From a virus, in IMG/VR virus record IMGVR_UViG_3300010334_006426, positions 32,001-96,000 of that record: a stretch of DNA of 64,000 bases, one strand, 5' to 3'. The notes below the pieces were generated by a model. It was not told the origin of the DNA. It worked only from the letters and a program-made list of their open reading frames with translations, and did not search any database. A program made the position numbers and the translations under genes. Shown one piece after another: positions 1 to 8,504 of this stretch. Position 1 is the first letter of the stretch. Each line of letters opens with the position of its first letter.

Positions 1-2
1 TA

Positions 3-620
3 AATCAAAAGAGAGGCAATTTTGCCACATCGCTCTGCTTTGTTAATAAGAAAGGCGATATGCATATTCATCGCTGGAGCGGCGTCATAGATACTCGGCA
101 AATTAAAAAAACTCTAGATAATACAGAAGAAGAAATTGTTATGCTTGTCGGTCATACACAAGCACCTACTTCCTCGAAAAGAAAGTATTCTGCAGAAACC
201 GCTCACCCTTTTAACGTACAAAACTATACAATAGCACATAATGGGGTTTTATCTAATTTTAATGATTTGAAGGAAATGTTTGACCCTAAATGGAAGAATC
301 CTGTTGATAGTAGTATTATACCTTTTATGTGTACAATGTATGAAGAAGAATTTCCAAACAGTGAAAGTATAGAAGCAATTATACATACGCTAGGTAAACT
401 GGAAGGTACGTTTGGACTATGGATATATGAATCATCGCGCAATACAATGTATCTTGCAAGATGTGGTAGTACGTTGTTTGCTAATAAAATAGAAAATAGT
501 TTTAGCAGTGTAAAATTTAAAAACTCTGAAGCTCTGGACGAAGGGAGTTTATATCAATTGACACCTGAAGGGATTACAGCTGTAGGGGTGTTTGACTGTG
601 ACAGTCCGTTCTTTACTTAA
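3..620 (+). CDS. Class II (Ntn) glutamine amidotransferase domain protein, 5'-truncated
   Basis: Frame is open to the window edge (NQKRGNFATSL...); GH, IAHNGVLSNF, VDS and LEGTF motifs typical of GATase-II; the catalytic Cys1 would lie upstream of the window. Confidence 0.75.
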   Translation, partial: NQKRGNFATSLCFVNKKGDMHIHRWSGVIDTRQIKKTLDNTEEEIVMLVGHTQAPTSSKRKYSAETAHPFNVQNYTIAHNGVLSNFNDLKEMFDPKWKNPVDSSIIPFMCTMYEEEFPNSESIEAIIHTLGKLEGTFGLWIYESSRNTMYLARCGSTLFANKIENSFSSVKFKNSEALDEGSLYQLTPEGITAVGVFDCDSPFFT

Positions 621-1465
621 TCACCGAAGCTAAATCCACCAGCGTCAACTCCTCTATCTCTACCTATCATTCCTAGCTCCCGGGCAACCGTACCTGCGTC
701 GTCTGTCTCTGGATAATCTTCTATTGTATCCACTTCACCCGATCCTTCGCCTTCTGCAGATTGTTTTTCTACTTGCTTTTCCTTTAGTACTCCTGCTTGC
801 TTAAGAATATCTATTAAATCATAAGATTTTATCTTTAATTGCTGATCTTTAGGCAAGCCCGGGGTCTCGTTGTATTCTTTTATAGCGTTTTTAAGTACAC
901 CTAAAATTTCTTTTTCGTTAATATCTTCGTCAGGCAGCCCAAAGACTAAAGCCTTCAGCTTCTTATTCTCAATAGCTACCGATTTATCTATTTCATATAC
1001 AGTTTCTGTCTTTACTGGCTTAGCCTCTGGAGCAGATTTTGCACCATCTTCTACAGCTTTTTCCACTTCTTTAGGCTGCGCTACGGCATTACCATGTTCA
1101 TCTATATCAATAACATCAAGTAAATTATTAACTATTCTAGCTGTATAGCCTGCAACAGTTGATCCAATTTTTAGTTCGTCTTTTATTAAATTAATTAACT
1201 CAACCTTGAATTTATCTTTTGAACCAGGGTAAAATAGTTTATATTCCATACCATTAGATGTATGTGTTACAGGTTTGAACAGCTTGGTTTCTATACTGTT
1301 AATTAATGAATCAATTTTTTCGTCCGGTAACCCCTTCAAGCCGTAACCACCACCAGCACCCTGACGGGGATCAGATTTAAATTTTAACTTATCAACAGCA
1401 TATTTTGCCATTTCATCTAAATGCTTTGAATATGCCTCAAAAATAAATTTACTATCATTGTCCAT
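617..1465 (-). CDS. Hypothetical late protein (candidate internal head protein)
   Basis: 282 aa ORF, TATAAATA upstream on the minus strand, N-terminus MDNDSKFIFEAY. Confidence 0.7.
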   Translation of the reverse strand: MDNDSKFIFEAYSKHLDEMAKYAVDKLKFKSDPRQGAGGGYGLKGLPDEKIDSLINSIETKLFKPVTHTSNGMEYKLFYPGSKDKFKVELINLIKDELKIGSTVAGYTARIVNNLLDVIDIDEHGNAVAQPKEVEKAVEDGAKSAPEAKPVKTETVYEIDKSVAIENKKLKALVFGLPDEDINEKEILGVLKNAIKEYNETPGLPKDQQLKIKSYDLIDILKQAGVLKEKQVEKQSAEGEGSGEVDTIEDYPETDDAGTVARELGMIGRDRGVDAGGFSFGD

Positions 1466-1470
1466 AGTAC

Positions 1471-1498
1471 TTGATTATTTATAAGAAATCATTATAAT
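1471..1498 (+). promoter_or_regulatory. Sigma70-like early promoter overlapping a divergent late promoter
   Basis: TTGATT-N16-TATAAT, ATG 7 nt downstream (1506); TATAAATA on the minus strand at 1476-1483. Confidence 0.6.
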
Positions 1499-1505
1499 TT
1501 CATGT

Positions 1506-2156
1506 ATGATAGGGGTTTTTTCAGTAAGTCCGTTAGAGGGAAACTGTTTACTAGAGAAGACATTGCCAAAAAATAGTAATTTAACCCTTAATATTCAATA
1601 TAATAATAAAGTCATAGGACTTAGTAAATTCTATAATAGTATAATAGAAGATGCAAAGAACGACAAATATGAGGTAGTTATTTGCTGTCATCATGATGTT
1701 TCTTTAAGATTCGCGAATCTAGAAGTTGCTGCTAAAGATGCTTTAATGAATTTTGATGTTGTTGGTGTCGCAGGAGGGCGCGTACCTTCGATTATAGAGA
1801 AAAATTTATGGCATTGGATGATGCCCAGTTCTAACTACAGAGGTATAGCTGCTCACGGAGATAAAATTGATAATATGTTTGTTACATCTTTTGGCCCTAC
1901 CCCTGCATCGGTTGATGTATTAGACGGGGTATTTTTAATGTTCAATACTAAAAAGGTTAGAGATTCTGGTGCCAGATTTGATGAAAGTTTTATGTGGCAT
2001 CATTATGATATAGATTTTAGCTTGACTTGTAGAAAGCATAATCTTAAATTAGGTGTATGGCCTGTACTAGTATATCATCAGAGTCCAGGGTTAAGAGACC
2101 TAGAGGATAAGGAATGGGTAAAAAGTAATAACTTTTTTAAATTAAAATGGAAGTAA
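1506..2156 (+). CDS. Glycosyltransferase, GT2-like (GT-A fold)
   Basis: ICCHHDV DXD-like motif, VVGVAG, VLDGVF, FDE..WHHYDIDFSL, HQSPG. Confidence 0.75.
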   Translation: MIGVFSVSPLEGNCLLEKTLPKNSNLTLNIQYNNKVIGLSKFYNSIIEDAKNDKYEVVICCHHDVSLRFANLEVAAKDALMNFDVVGVAGGRVPSIIEKNLWHWMMPSSNYRGIAAHGDKIDNMFVTSFGPTPASVDVLDGVFLMFNTKKVRDSGARFDESFMWHHYDIDFSLTCRKHNLKLGVWPVLVYHQSPGLRDLEDKEWVKSNNFFKLKWK

Positions 2157-3484
2157 AAACAAAAAAACAATTAGATTTAGATTTTTATGAAAATGTAGTG
2201 ATATACAACTCGCTCATTAACCCTGATTATCTTTCATCTATTATAGATTCGCTCGATGTTAGGTATTTTAAAAATAAAGATATTAAAAATATCATTTCAA
2301 TTATTATTAAATTTTTTCAAGAGAGAGGAACAACGCCCACTCATACCGAACTTAAGGCCTATCTTATTAACGATGAGCTCAAGACAAGCTTCAAGAACGT
2401 TGTTAATTTGTTTGTAGATTTAGATAAAAAATTTGAAAAAAATGAATTGGTAGATAACACAGAATTGTTTTTAAAAGAAAAAGCAGTATACCATGCATTG
2501 TTAGACGCGGCCGATAAATTAGATTCTAAACAATTAAATACAGCTGACCTTCTTACTAAGATAGAAAAAGCTGTTGGGATTAACCTATCTCAGCATATGG
2601 GTATAGAATTATTTAATGATATAGATTTATTTATTAAAGATCTTCATAGCGAAGAACCACATATCAAATCTGGCTGGAAATGGTTAGACGGTAAACTTGG
2701 CGGAGGTTTTCTAGAAAACGGTAGAGCTCTTTATGTATTTGCAGGTGAAACGAATGTAGGGAAAAGTATTGTTCTAGGAAATATTGCTACAAATATTGCC
2801 CTGGATGGAAAGACAGTATTACTAGTTTCTCTTGAAATGAGCGAAATGATGTACGCGAGAAGACTATCATCTTCTATAACCAGTATACCTCTTAGCCATT
2901 TAAAATCGGAATCGGACAATTTAAAGCAATTAATTACACAGATAGCTTCTGGCAAAAGCTCTAAGATTATTATTAAAGAGTTCCCGCCCTCCACACTAAC
3001 ACCACATCAATTAAAGGCTTTTGTTAAGAAGCTTATTCAAAAAAATATTAAACCGGATGCTATTGTGTTGGATTATTTAAATCTTTTACACAGCCCACTC
3101 GGTAATAACAGCTATGAAAGAGTTTTATATGCGGCACAACAAGTACGGGCTTTGAGTTACGAGCTAAACTGTCCAATTATTTCAGCTACACAGCTGAACA
3201 GGTCTGGTTATAATGTTGATAACCCCGGTTTAGAAACAATATCTGAGAGTATAGGTCTTGCAACCACTTCAGATGCAATTATATCTATTTGGCAAAAAGA
3301 TGAAGATAAAGAACTTGGTATTATTAATATAGGTATGACAAAGAACCGATTTGGGCCTAATTTTGGCAGTATTGCATTAAAAATCGATTATAATACATTA
3401 CAGATTACAGAAGACGATACTATTAACGAAAGCGAAGAGGCTAGAGAATTTACTAAATCGCTCGCTAATTTAAGTTCTACGTGA
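2147..3484 (+). CDS. 41: T4 gp41-like replicative (DnaB family) helicase
   Basis: Walker A GETNVGKS, VSLEMSE, IVLDYLNLL, SATQLNR, KNRFG. Confidence 0.93.
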   Translation: MEVKTKKQLDLDFYENVVIYNSLINPDYLSSIIDSLDVRYFKNKDIKNIISIIIKFFQERGTTPTHTELKAYLINDELKTSFKNVVNLFVDLDKKFEKNELVDNTELFLKEKAVYHALLDAADKLDSKQLNTADLLTKIEKAVGINLSQHMGIELFNDIDLFIKDLHSEEPHIKSGWKWLDGKLGGGFLENGRALYVFAGETNVGKSIVLGNIATNIALDGKTVLLVSLEMSEMMYARRLSSSITSIPLSHLKSESDNLKQLITQIASGKSSKIIIKEFPPSTLTPHQLKAFVKKLIQKNIKPDAIVLDYLNLLHSPLGNNSYERVLYAAQQVRALSYELNCPIISATQLNRSGYNVDNPGLETISESIGLATTSDAIISIWQKDEDKELGIINIGMTKNRFGPNFGSIALKIDYNTLQITEDDTINESEEAREFTKSLANLSST

Positions 3485-3526
3485 TTTTCACCCCACCACA
3501 AATAAATTCATATAGTTTTAGATTGT

Positions 3527-3793
3527 ATGAATTTCAACAATATACATCAAGAAGAAACAGATCACTTATTTAGATCTTATTGTAGTTTTGTCTGTATTGC
3601 GTTTAATAAGAAATATAACCTTGCAAATATTTTATTATTATTTTTACAGAACAAAAATTTAAAAAGTTTATTTAAGTCACTATTAGATGTTGAAAGCGAT
3701 GTTCTTGCAGTTAAAATGTTCCTTGAGTTTGATCCTTCATTATGTAAAAGCAAATATATAATGAAGTATCTAAACACTCATAGAGCAAAATGA
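3527..3793 (+). CDS. Hypothetical protein (position matches T4 gene 33, no motif support)
   Basis: 88 aa ORF with ATGA coupling to the next gene. Confidence 0.6.
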   Translation: MNFNNIHQEETDHLFRSYCSFVCIAFNKKYNLANILLLFLQNKNLKSLFKSLLDVESDVLAVKMFLEFDPSLCKSKYIMKYLNTHRAK

Positions 3794-4422
3794 TTTCAGA
3801 AAAAATAATTTATAATCTCTTTTTAAAGGTTTCCAGGTCACAGGCTGGTCTACCCTACAGACTTAGAAAGCAATGGCATGGTTTTGAGGAGACGCCCCAC
3901 TATCAACATGTATTAAGACTAAAAAACTTTTTCTCTCGCAACAAAAGTGTTGATATAAATGATTTTTTCTCTGCTCCATATACAATATATCCAGGCGAAA
4001 GTGGGTTTGATCTACCATTTTACTCATCACCCAAAGCAATAAAGATATATACTTTAGCTCAAAAAAAGAAGCTTTTATTGGAACCTGATGATAATTATCA
4101 TTTACAAAGTATTACTAAAGGTTTAAAATATATTTTTCGATACTGCAAAGAAAAAAATATAAAAATTTTTCAGTATCCAGAATATAGGGAAGGTATTCAC
4201 CCTGCTTTTATTTCACATTTAAAAGAAAATCGAGTCAGTATATACAACATGTTTGCTTTTGAAAATTTTGATAAATGGTTAAGAACTGTTGACTCTGATA
4301 TACTTCATTTTATTCTTGGAGATCTTTACAATAACTTAGATGTTTTTAGGACTAAGTTTCTGACAAGTAAGTATGCTAAAAAATTATCTACAGTAGGATT
4401 AAAGAAAATATCGGAAAAATAA
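3790..4422 (+). CDS. Probable gp59-like helicase loader
   Basis: Basic, aromatic-rich 210 aa protein directly upstream of gp32, as in the T4 59-32 order; function inferred from synteny and size only. Confidence 0.45.
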   Translation: MISEKIIYNLFLKVSRSQAGLPYRLRKQWHGFEETPHYQHVLRLKNFFSRNKSVDINDFFSAPYTIYPGESGFDLPFYSSPKAIKIYTLAQKKKLLLEPDDNYHLQSITKGLKYIFRYCKEKNIKIFQYPEYREGIHPAFISHLKENRVSIYNMFAFENFDKWLRTVDSDILHFILGDLYNNLDVFRTKFLTSKYAKKLSTVGLKKISEK

Positions 4423-4431
4423 AAAAAATAG

Positions 4432-4459
4432 TTGATTCTTTTTTCGAATACATTATTAT
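4432..4459 (+). promoter_or_regulatory. Sigma70-like early promoter of gp32 (leaderless geometry)
   Basis: TTGATT-N16-TATTAT, then 6 nt to ATG 4466. Confidence 0.6.
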
Positions 4460-4465
4460 ATATAC

Positions 4466-5305
4466 ATGAGCGTAATTACCAAATCAATGTTTGAAAGCAT
4501 TAAAAGTGCTTTAGTAAAAAATAACACCCAACCTTCCCGTAATAAGGATATTTTAAAGTGTGAGGTAGGCAATACATATACAGTCCGATTGTTACCGAAC
4601 GCTACTAATCCTGAAAAAACATTCTTCCATTATTATACTTTTGGATGGACCAGCTTCTGCACTGGCCAATATGTTTCTGCTATTAGTCCCTCTAGTTTTG
4701 GTGGCCGTGATCCTATTGCAGAATATCGCTACAAAGTATTAAAAACTGGCACCGAAGAGGAAAAAAACAAAGCAAGAGCTATTATTCGCTCCGAAAAATG
4801 GTTGGTAAATGCTTATATTATCAACGATCCAGTTAATCCCGATAATAATGGCAAAAATATGATTGTTCGTTACGGTAAGCAGCTTCATAAGATTATTATG
4901 GATGCGATTGAAGGAGAAGGTGCAGAAGATTTTGGTCTTAAGATATTTGACCTTTCTGAAAAAGGATGTAATCTTAAGATCAAGGTTGAGCAGCAGGGGG
5001 ATTATCCCACATATGTTAGCAGCAAGTTTACACCTGCTAAAGCTATTGAAGGACTCGATAAGTCTAAATTTGATAGTATCTACAAAGGAATTATTGACCT
5101 GGACACTGTTTTCCCTGTTAAGAGCTGTGATGACCTCAAGATTATGCTCGATGAGCATTATTTCTGTAGTTCATCCGAACAGTCTGAGTCAACTGCTGCT
5201 GCACCTACCAAGAGTAATAAGAATGCCCCGACAGCTTCAGCAGAAGATTTGCTGGAAGATGATACAGTCAAGCAGCTTTTGGCGGATATTGAAGATACAA
5301 AATAA
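4466..5305 (+). CDS. 32: T4 gp32-like single-stranded DNA-binding protein
   Basis: VRLLP, DPIAEY, YIINDPVNPDNNGK, YGKQL, FDL..GCNLKIK, YPTYVSSKF and an acidic C-terminal tail. Confidence 0.88.
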   Translation: MSVITKSMFESIKSALVKNNTQPSRNKDILKCEVGNTYTVRLLPNATNPEKTFFHYYTFGWTSFCTGQYVSAISPSSFGGRDPIAEYRYKVLKTGTEEEKNKARAIIRSEKWLVNAYIINDPVNPDNNGKNMIVRYGKQLHKIIMDAIEGEGAEDFGLKIFDLSEKGCNLKIKVEQQGDYPTYVSSKFTPAKAIEGLDKSKFDSIYKGIIDLDTVFPVKSCDDLKIMLDEHYFCSSSEQSESTAAAPTKSNKNAPTASAEDLLEDDTVKQLLADIEDTK

Positions 5306-5718
5306 TGTCTGATATTATTAATCTTGACCCTAATGCTGATCCGCATGCCAGGGAAGTGGTTCTTAATTTGCTCGGTGCAACATTATCTGAATTAAGAGAT
5401 ATCGATAGAGCTGTTGTTGGTTCTTCTCGTAATATATCTGCGTTAAAAACAGATTTAAAAAATGTTTTTACACAGCCAGGTCCGCAGTCAACAACAGTTG
5501 CAGCCGGTTTAAATATCCAACAACCACCTCCGTTAACCCCTGTTCCTATTCAAGTTGCCGCAGTCAACACTACACAACAAGTAGAGACTATTCAAGAGGA
5601 TCCAAATCAACTAGTATTTGATTTTAATAAAAAAATTACACCAGATGATGTTATTGACAAGTTAGATAGAATTTTAGACAAATTAGATTCAGTTATTAGT
5701 TTAATTAAAAAAAATTAA
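5305..5718 (+). CDS. Hypothetical protein with P/Q-rich linker and QLVFDF motif
   Basis: 137 aa ORF, TAATG coupling to gp32. Confidence 0.7.
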   Translation: MSDIINLDPNADPHAREVVLNLLGATLSELRDIDRAVVGSSRNISALKTDLKNVFTQPGPQSTTVAAGLNIQQPPPLTPVPIQVAAVNTTQQVETIQEDPNQLVFDFNKKITPDDVIDKLDRILDKLDSVISLIKKN

Positions 5719-5720
5719 TA

Positions 5721-5747
5721 TTGCAATCTATTGTTAGCTAATATAAT
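5721..5747 (+). promoter_or_regulatory. Sigma70-like early promoter of the clamp gene
   Basis: TTGCAA-N15-TATAAT, then 6 nt to GTG 5754. Confidence 0.45.
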
Positions 5748-5753
5748 CATATT

Positions 5754-6482
5754 GTGAATGTATTCATACCCAATAAAAAATTGTTTTTAAGTGGGTTTTT
5801 GTCACCATTATCGAAAATAAATGATAGTTGTGTTGTATGCATAAAGGATTCAGGTCTTAACTGTACCGTTTGTACAGCTGACTCGTCTATCATTCTTAAT
5901 GCGCAATATAAGCTTAATCTTGATATTGATAATACATTATGTTTGAACATTGCTGATGTAAAGAAAGTTATAAAAGCTTTTGAATGTATCAGCGGGGATA
6001 CATTTACTTTTAATGTTGATAAAAACAATATTAACTATTCCGGGCCAGAAGTTAATTTTAAATATCATTTACTAGAAAACGGAATTATAACACAACCTAA
6101 GCTTAATATTGATAAAATAGATTGTTTAGAATTTCCTATCTCTTTTGTTGTTCAATATAAAACTTTAATAGAATTATTGAGAGGTAGTACCTTTGCAACT
6201 GAAAGTAACAAGCTTTATCTGTATTCTAAAGATAATAAGATTTACGGTGATCTGACTGATAGAGCAAGACACAATATAGATAGTTTTTCTATACCATTAG
6301 CTGAATACACTGGCGTAGAATTAACAGATATATGCTTGAACTTTGAATTAATCAGAATAATTAGTAGTGTGAGGGTCAAGCAGTTAGAATGTAAGATTAA
6401 TCCCAAGCTTGGTGTTATTGTTTTTCAATTAAATGACGAGACAATAAAAACAAGATATATTGCCTCTTCACTGGTAAAATGA
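5754..6482 (+). CDS. 45: Sliding clamp (gp45/PCNA-like)
   Basis: 242 aa, two-domain alternating beta/alpha pattern, C-terminal RYIASSL, replication context. Confidence 0.65.
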   Translation: MNVFIPNKKLFLSGFLSPLSKINDSCVVCIKDSGLNCTVCTADSSIILNAQYKLNLDIDNTLCLNIADVKKVIKAFECISGDTFTFNVDKNNINYSGPEVNFKYHLLENGIITQPKLNIDKIDCLEFPISFVVQYKTLIELLRGSTFATESNKLYLYSKDNKIYGDLTDRARHNIDSFSIPLAEYTGVELTDICLNFELIRIISSVRVKQLECKINPKLGVIVFQLNDETIKTRYIASSLVK

Positions 6483-6841
6483 AAACGCCTAATAATAAAA
6501 TTAGAACGCCTAGCTATTTTATGAAGAGGCTACGTGACAACGGTTTTATTGTTTTAAGAATATTTGATAGATATGGAAAGCACGATCCTAGGAGATGGAC
6601 AGTTCTAGTTGACCCTGGGTTGGCTTCTGTTTTTATCACCTGTTTTTCAAATAAAGATTTTAACGGTGATTTAATGTTTGAACTAAATGATGGCGGTATT
6701 AGATTTAATAAAAACTATAGCATTAAAACCGATAGTATAGAAGTAATTATCACCTATTTGTTAGATCGCGGTATTAACAATAATCCTCACAACAGCCCGT
6801 ATTATGTGCAAAGACCTAAATATTCTAGTGAAAAAACCTGA
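6479..6841 (+). CDS. Hypothetical protein
   Basis: 120 aa ORF, ATGA coupling. Confidence 0.7.
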   Translation: MKTPNNKIRTPSYFMKRLRDNGFIVLRIFDRYGKHDPRRWTVLVDPGLASVFITCFSNKDFNGDLMFELNDGGIRFNKNYSIKTDSIEVIITYLLDRGINNNPHNSPYYVQRPKYSSEKT

Positions 6842-7157
6842 TAAAAATAAAGACGATAATATGGACAAAAAACCTAAAATAGCTAATGTTGAAAAAAAGC
6901 AAATAGAAGATCTGCTAAAATCTAGTCTTCAGGACTTTTTGCTACGTAAATCGACTATTGGTTCGGAAAAAGCTAAAAATGTTCAAAATCTTGTTTCTCT
7001 CATTACAGAATATTTGAGTGCATTTATAGTAATTGGTTATGATGTTTCTGGTGAGCCTGTTAACCTGATACATGCAACTAATCAAATGGATGCTGATGCT
7101 CTAAGTGCTGCAATTAATAAATTTATTATCCATTCAATTCAAAATAACGACAAGTGA
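6828..7157 (+). CDS. Hypothetical late protein (start revised to GTG 6828)
   Basis: In frame with ORF 6804..7157; TAAATA at 6817-6822 lies 5 nt before the GTG. Confidence 0.6.
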   Translation: MKKPDKNKDDNMDKKPKIANVEKKQIEDLLKSSLQDFLLRKSTIGSEKAKNVQNLVSLITEYLSAFIVIGYDVSGEPVNLIHATNQMDADALSAAINKFIIHSIQNNDK

Positions 7158-8017
7158 AAACGGTTTTAATCTTTGGCAAAGGATTTATCGGTAGGGGATT
7201 AGAAAAGTTTTTACTCACAAAAAATGTTTCGGTAGAAGCGTATAGCCATGCAGAGTTAAATTATTCTGATCCTGTTTTATTACAGCAATTTTTAAAAGAT
7301 AGATACTCTAATTATGAAGTTGTAATTAATTGCTCTGGTTACACAGGCTTGCCTAATGTTGACGGGTGCGAAAGTAATAAATCAGATTGTTGGTTTAGAA
7401 ACGTTATTGTTCCTAGGAATATTGTTTTAAGTTCTAATATGTTCGAATTACCAGTATTTCAAATTAATAGTGGGTGCATCTATACCGGATACGAGAAACA
7501 TTTTTCGGAATTAGATGAGCCTAATTTTGGATTGTTTAATAATGAAAGTAGTTTTTATAGTAAGACAAAGCATGCTTCAGAGACTATTTTTAAGAATTGT
7601 CTTGTTTACAGCATTAGAATTCGCATGCCGTTTGAAGGTTCATTGGATAAGAAAAATTATTTATATAAACTCTACAAATATAATAGCTTGATAAGCTCTC
7701 CGAATAGTTTAACTAGCACGGAAGATCTTTATAATTTTCTATTAAAATTTATAATACTTAGGAATACAATTGTTCCCGGGCCTATAAACGTTGTTAACGA
7801 AGGGTGTATGGAGGCTAAAGATATTATTGATATATTTAAAAAACATAATGTTATTAACGAAAAATGGAATTTTATTAATTTGGAAAATCTTAATACTGTC
7901 GCAAAAAGAAGTAATTGTATTTTAAGTACAGACAAAATTAAATCAGTCAATCTTCAGCTACCTGATGTACTAGAGTCCCTTGAAAGAGATATTAAAAAAT
8001 TTGCATCTTTACTTTAA
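7154..8017 (+). CDS. NDP-4-keto-6-deoxyglucose 3,5-epimerase/4-reductase (rhamnose synthesis, RmlD/NRS-ER-like SDR)
   Basis: GKGFIG NAD(P) site, GYTGLPNVDGCE, SGCIY, FYSKTK (YxxxK), RIRMP, PNSLT, RSNCIL. Confidence 0.85.
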   Translation: MKTVLIFGKGFIGRGLEKFLLTKNVSVEAYSHAELNYSDPVLLQQFLKDRYSNYEVVINCSGYTGLPNVDGCESNKSDCWFRNVIVPRNIVLSSNMFELPVFQINSGCIYTGYEKHFSELDEPNFGLFNNESSFYSKTKHASETIFKNCLVYSIRIRMPFEGSLDKKNYLYKLYKYNSLISSPNSLTSTEDLYNFLLKFIILRNTIVPGPINVVNEGCMEAKDIIDIFKKHNVINEKWNFINLENLNTVAKRSNCILSTDKIKSVNLQLPDVLESLERDIKKFASLL

Positions 8018-8279
8018 TAAAAATTTACCTACTAACCGCGGAATTTATGCTGTTGAAAAAGGTCAATTTATTGGAGAGTTTTTTGTCTATATAAAAACTC
8101 TAGATAACGGGGAATTCTCTTTTTTGAGCTTACCAAAAATGAATAAAAGAAACGTTACCTCGGAGTCTTTTAATACAGGTCTTAAGAATAAGATTATTGT
8201 TTTTATTGAAAAATTACCAAAGCCTATATACAGATTATGCTGTCAGCAGTATAATAAGTCTGTTGATAAGCAGAAATAG
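7980..8279 (+). CDS. Hypothetical protein
   Basis: 99 aa ORF filling the gap; start uncertain. Confidence 0.55.
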   Translation: MKEILKNLHLYFNKNLPTNRGIYAVEKGQFIGEFFVYIKTLDNGEFSFLSLPKMNKRNVTSESFNTGLKNKIIVFIEKLPKPIYRLCCQQYNKSVDKQK

Positions 8280-8293
8280 CATATAAATATAGT

Positions 8294-8470
8294 ATGGACT
8301 TTGTCAGACCAATAAAAATTACTAGCCCTATTAGCGGTCAACCAGTCGAACCTAAAATTGTAGAGCGGGTTTACGAAGGCAAGCTTTACAAAGAAGCGCA
8401 TTGGATTGACCCGGCTAGCGGTACCTTTATTCGTAAAGGTATAATTAGCGTGGAAGATATAAAAAAGTAA
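8294..8470 (+). CDS. Small late protein missing from the ORF track (58 aa)
   Basis: MDFVRPIKITSPISGQPVEPKIVERVYEGKLYKEAHWIDPASGTFIRKGIISVEDIKK; TATAAATA at 8282-8289, 4 nt before ATG. Confidence 0.75.
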   Translation: MDFVRPIKITSPISGQPVEPKIVERVYEGKLYKEAHWIDPASGTFIRKGIISVEDIKK

Positions 8471-8498
8471 TTGATTGTTCATAGTTTTACTTTAAACT
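8471..8498 (+). promoter_or_regulatory. Sigma70-like early promoter of primase
   Basis: TTGATT-N16-TAAACT, then 6 nt to GTG 8505. Confidence 0.6.
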
Positions 8499-8504
8499 TA
8501 AATA

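Noticed and set aside
4739-5346. Alternative-frame and antisense ORFs over gp32 (4863..5312, 4739..5158, 5158..5346)
   Set aside because: Shadows of a well-supported gene, with no promoter/start geometry or motifs
8243-8482. Minus-strand 79 aa ORF
   Set aside because: Overlaps the better supported plus-strand 58 aa gene that has a perfect late promoter
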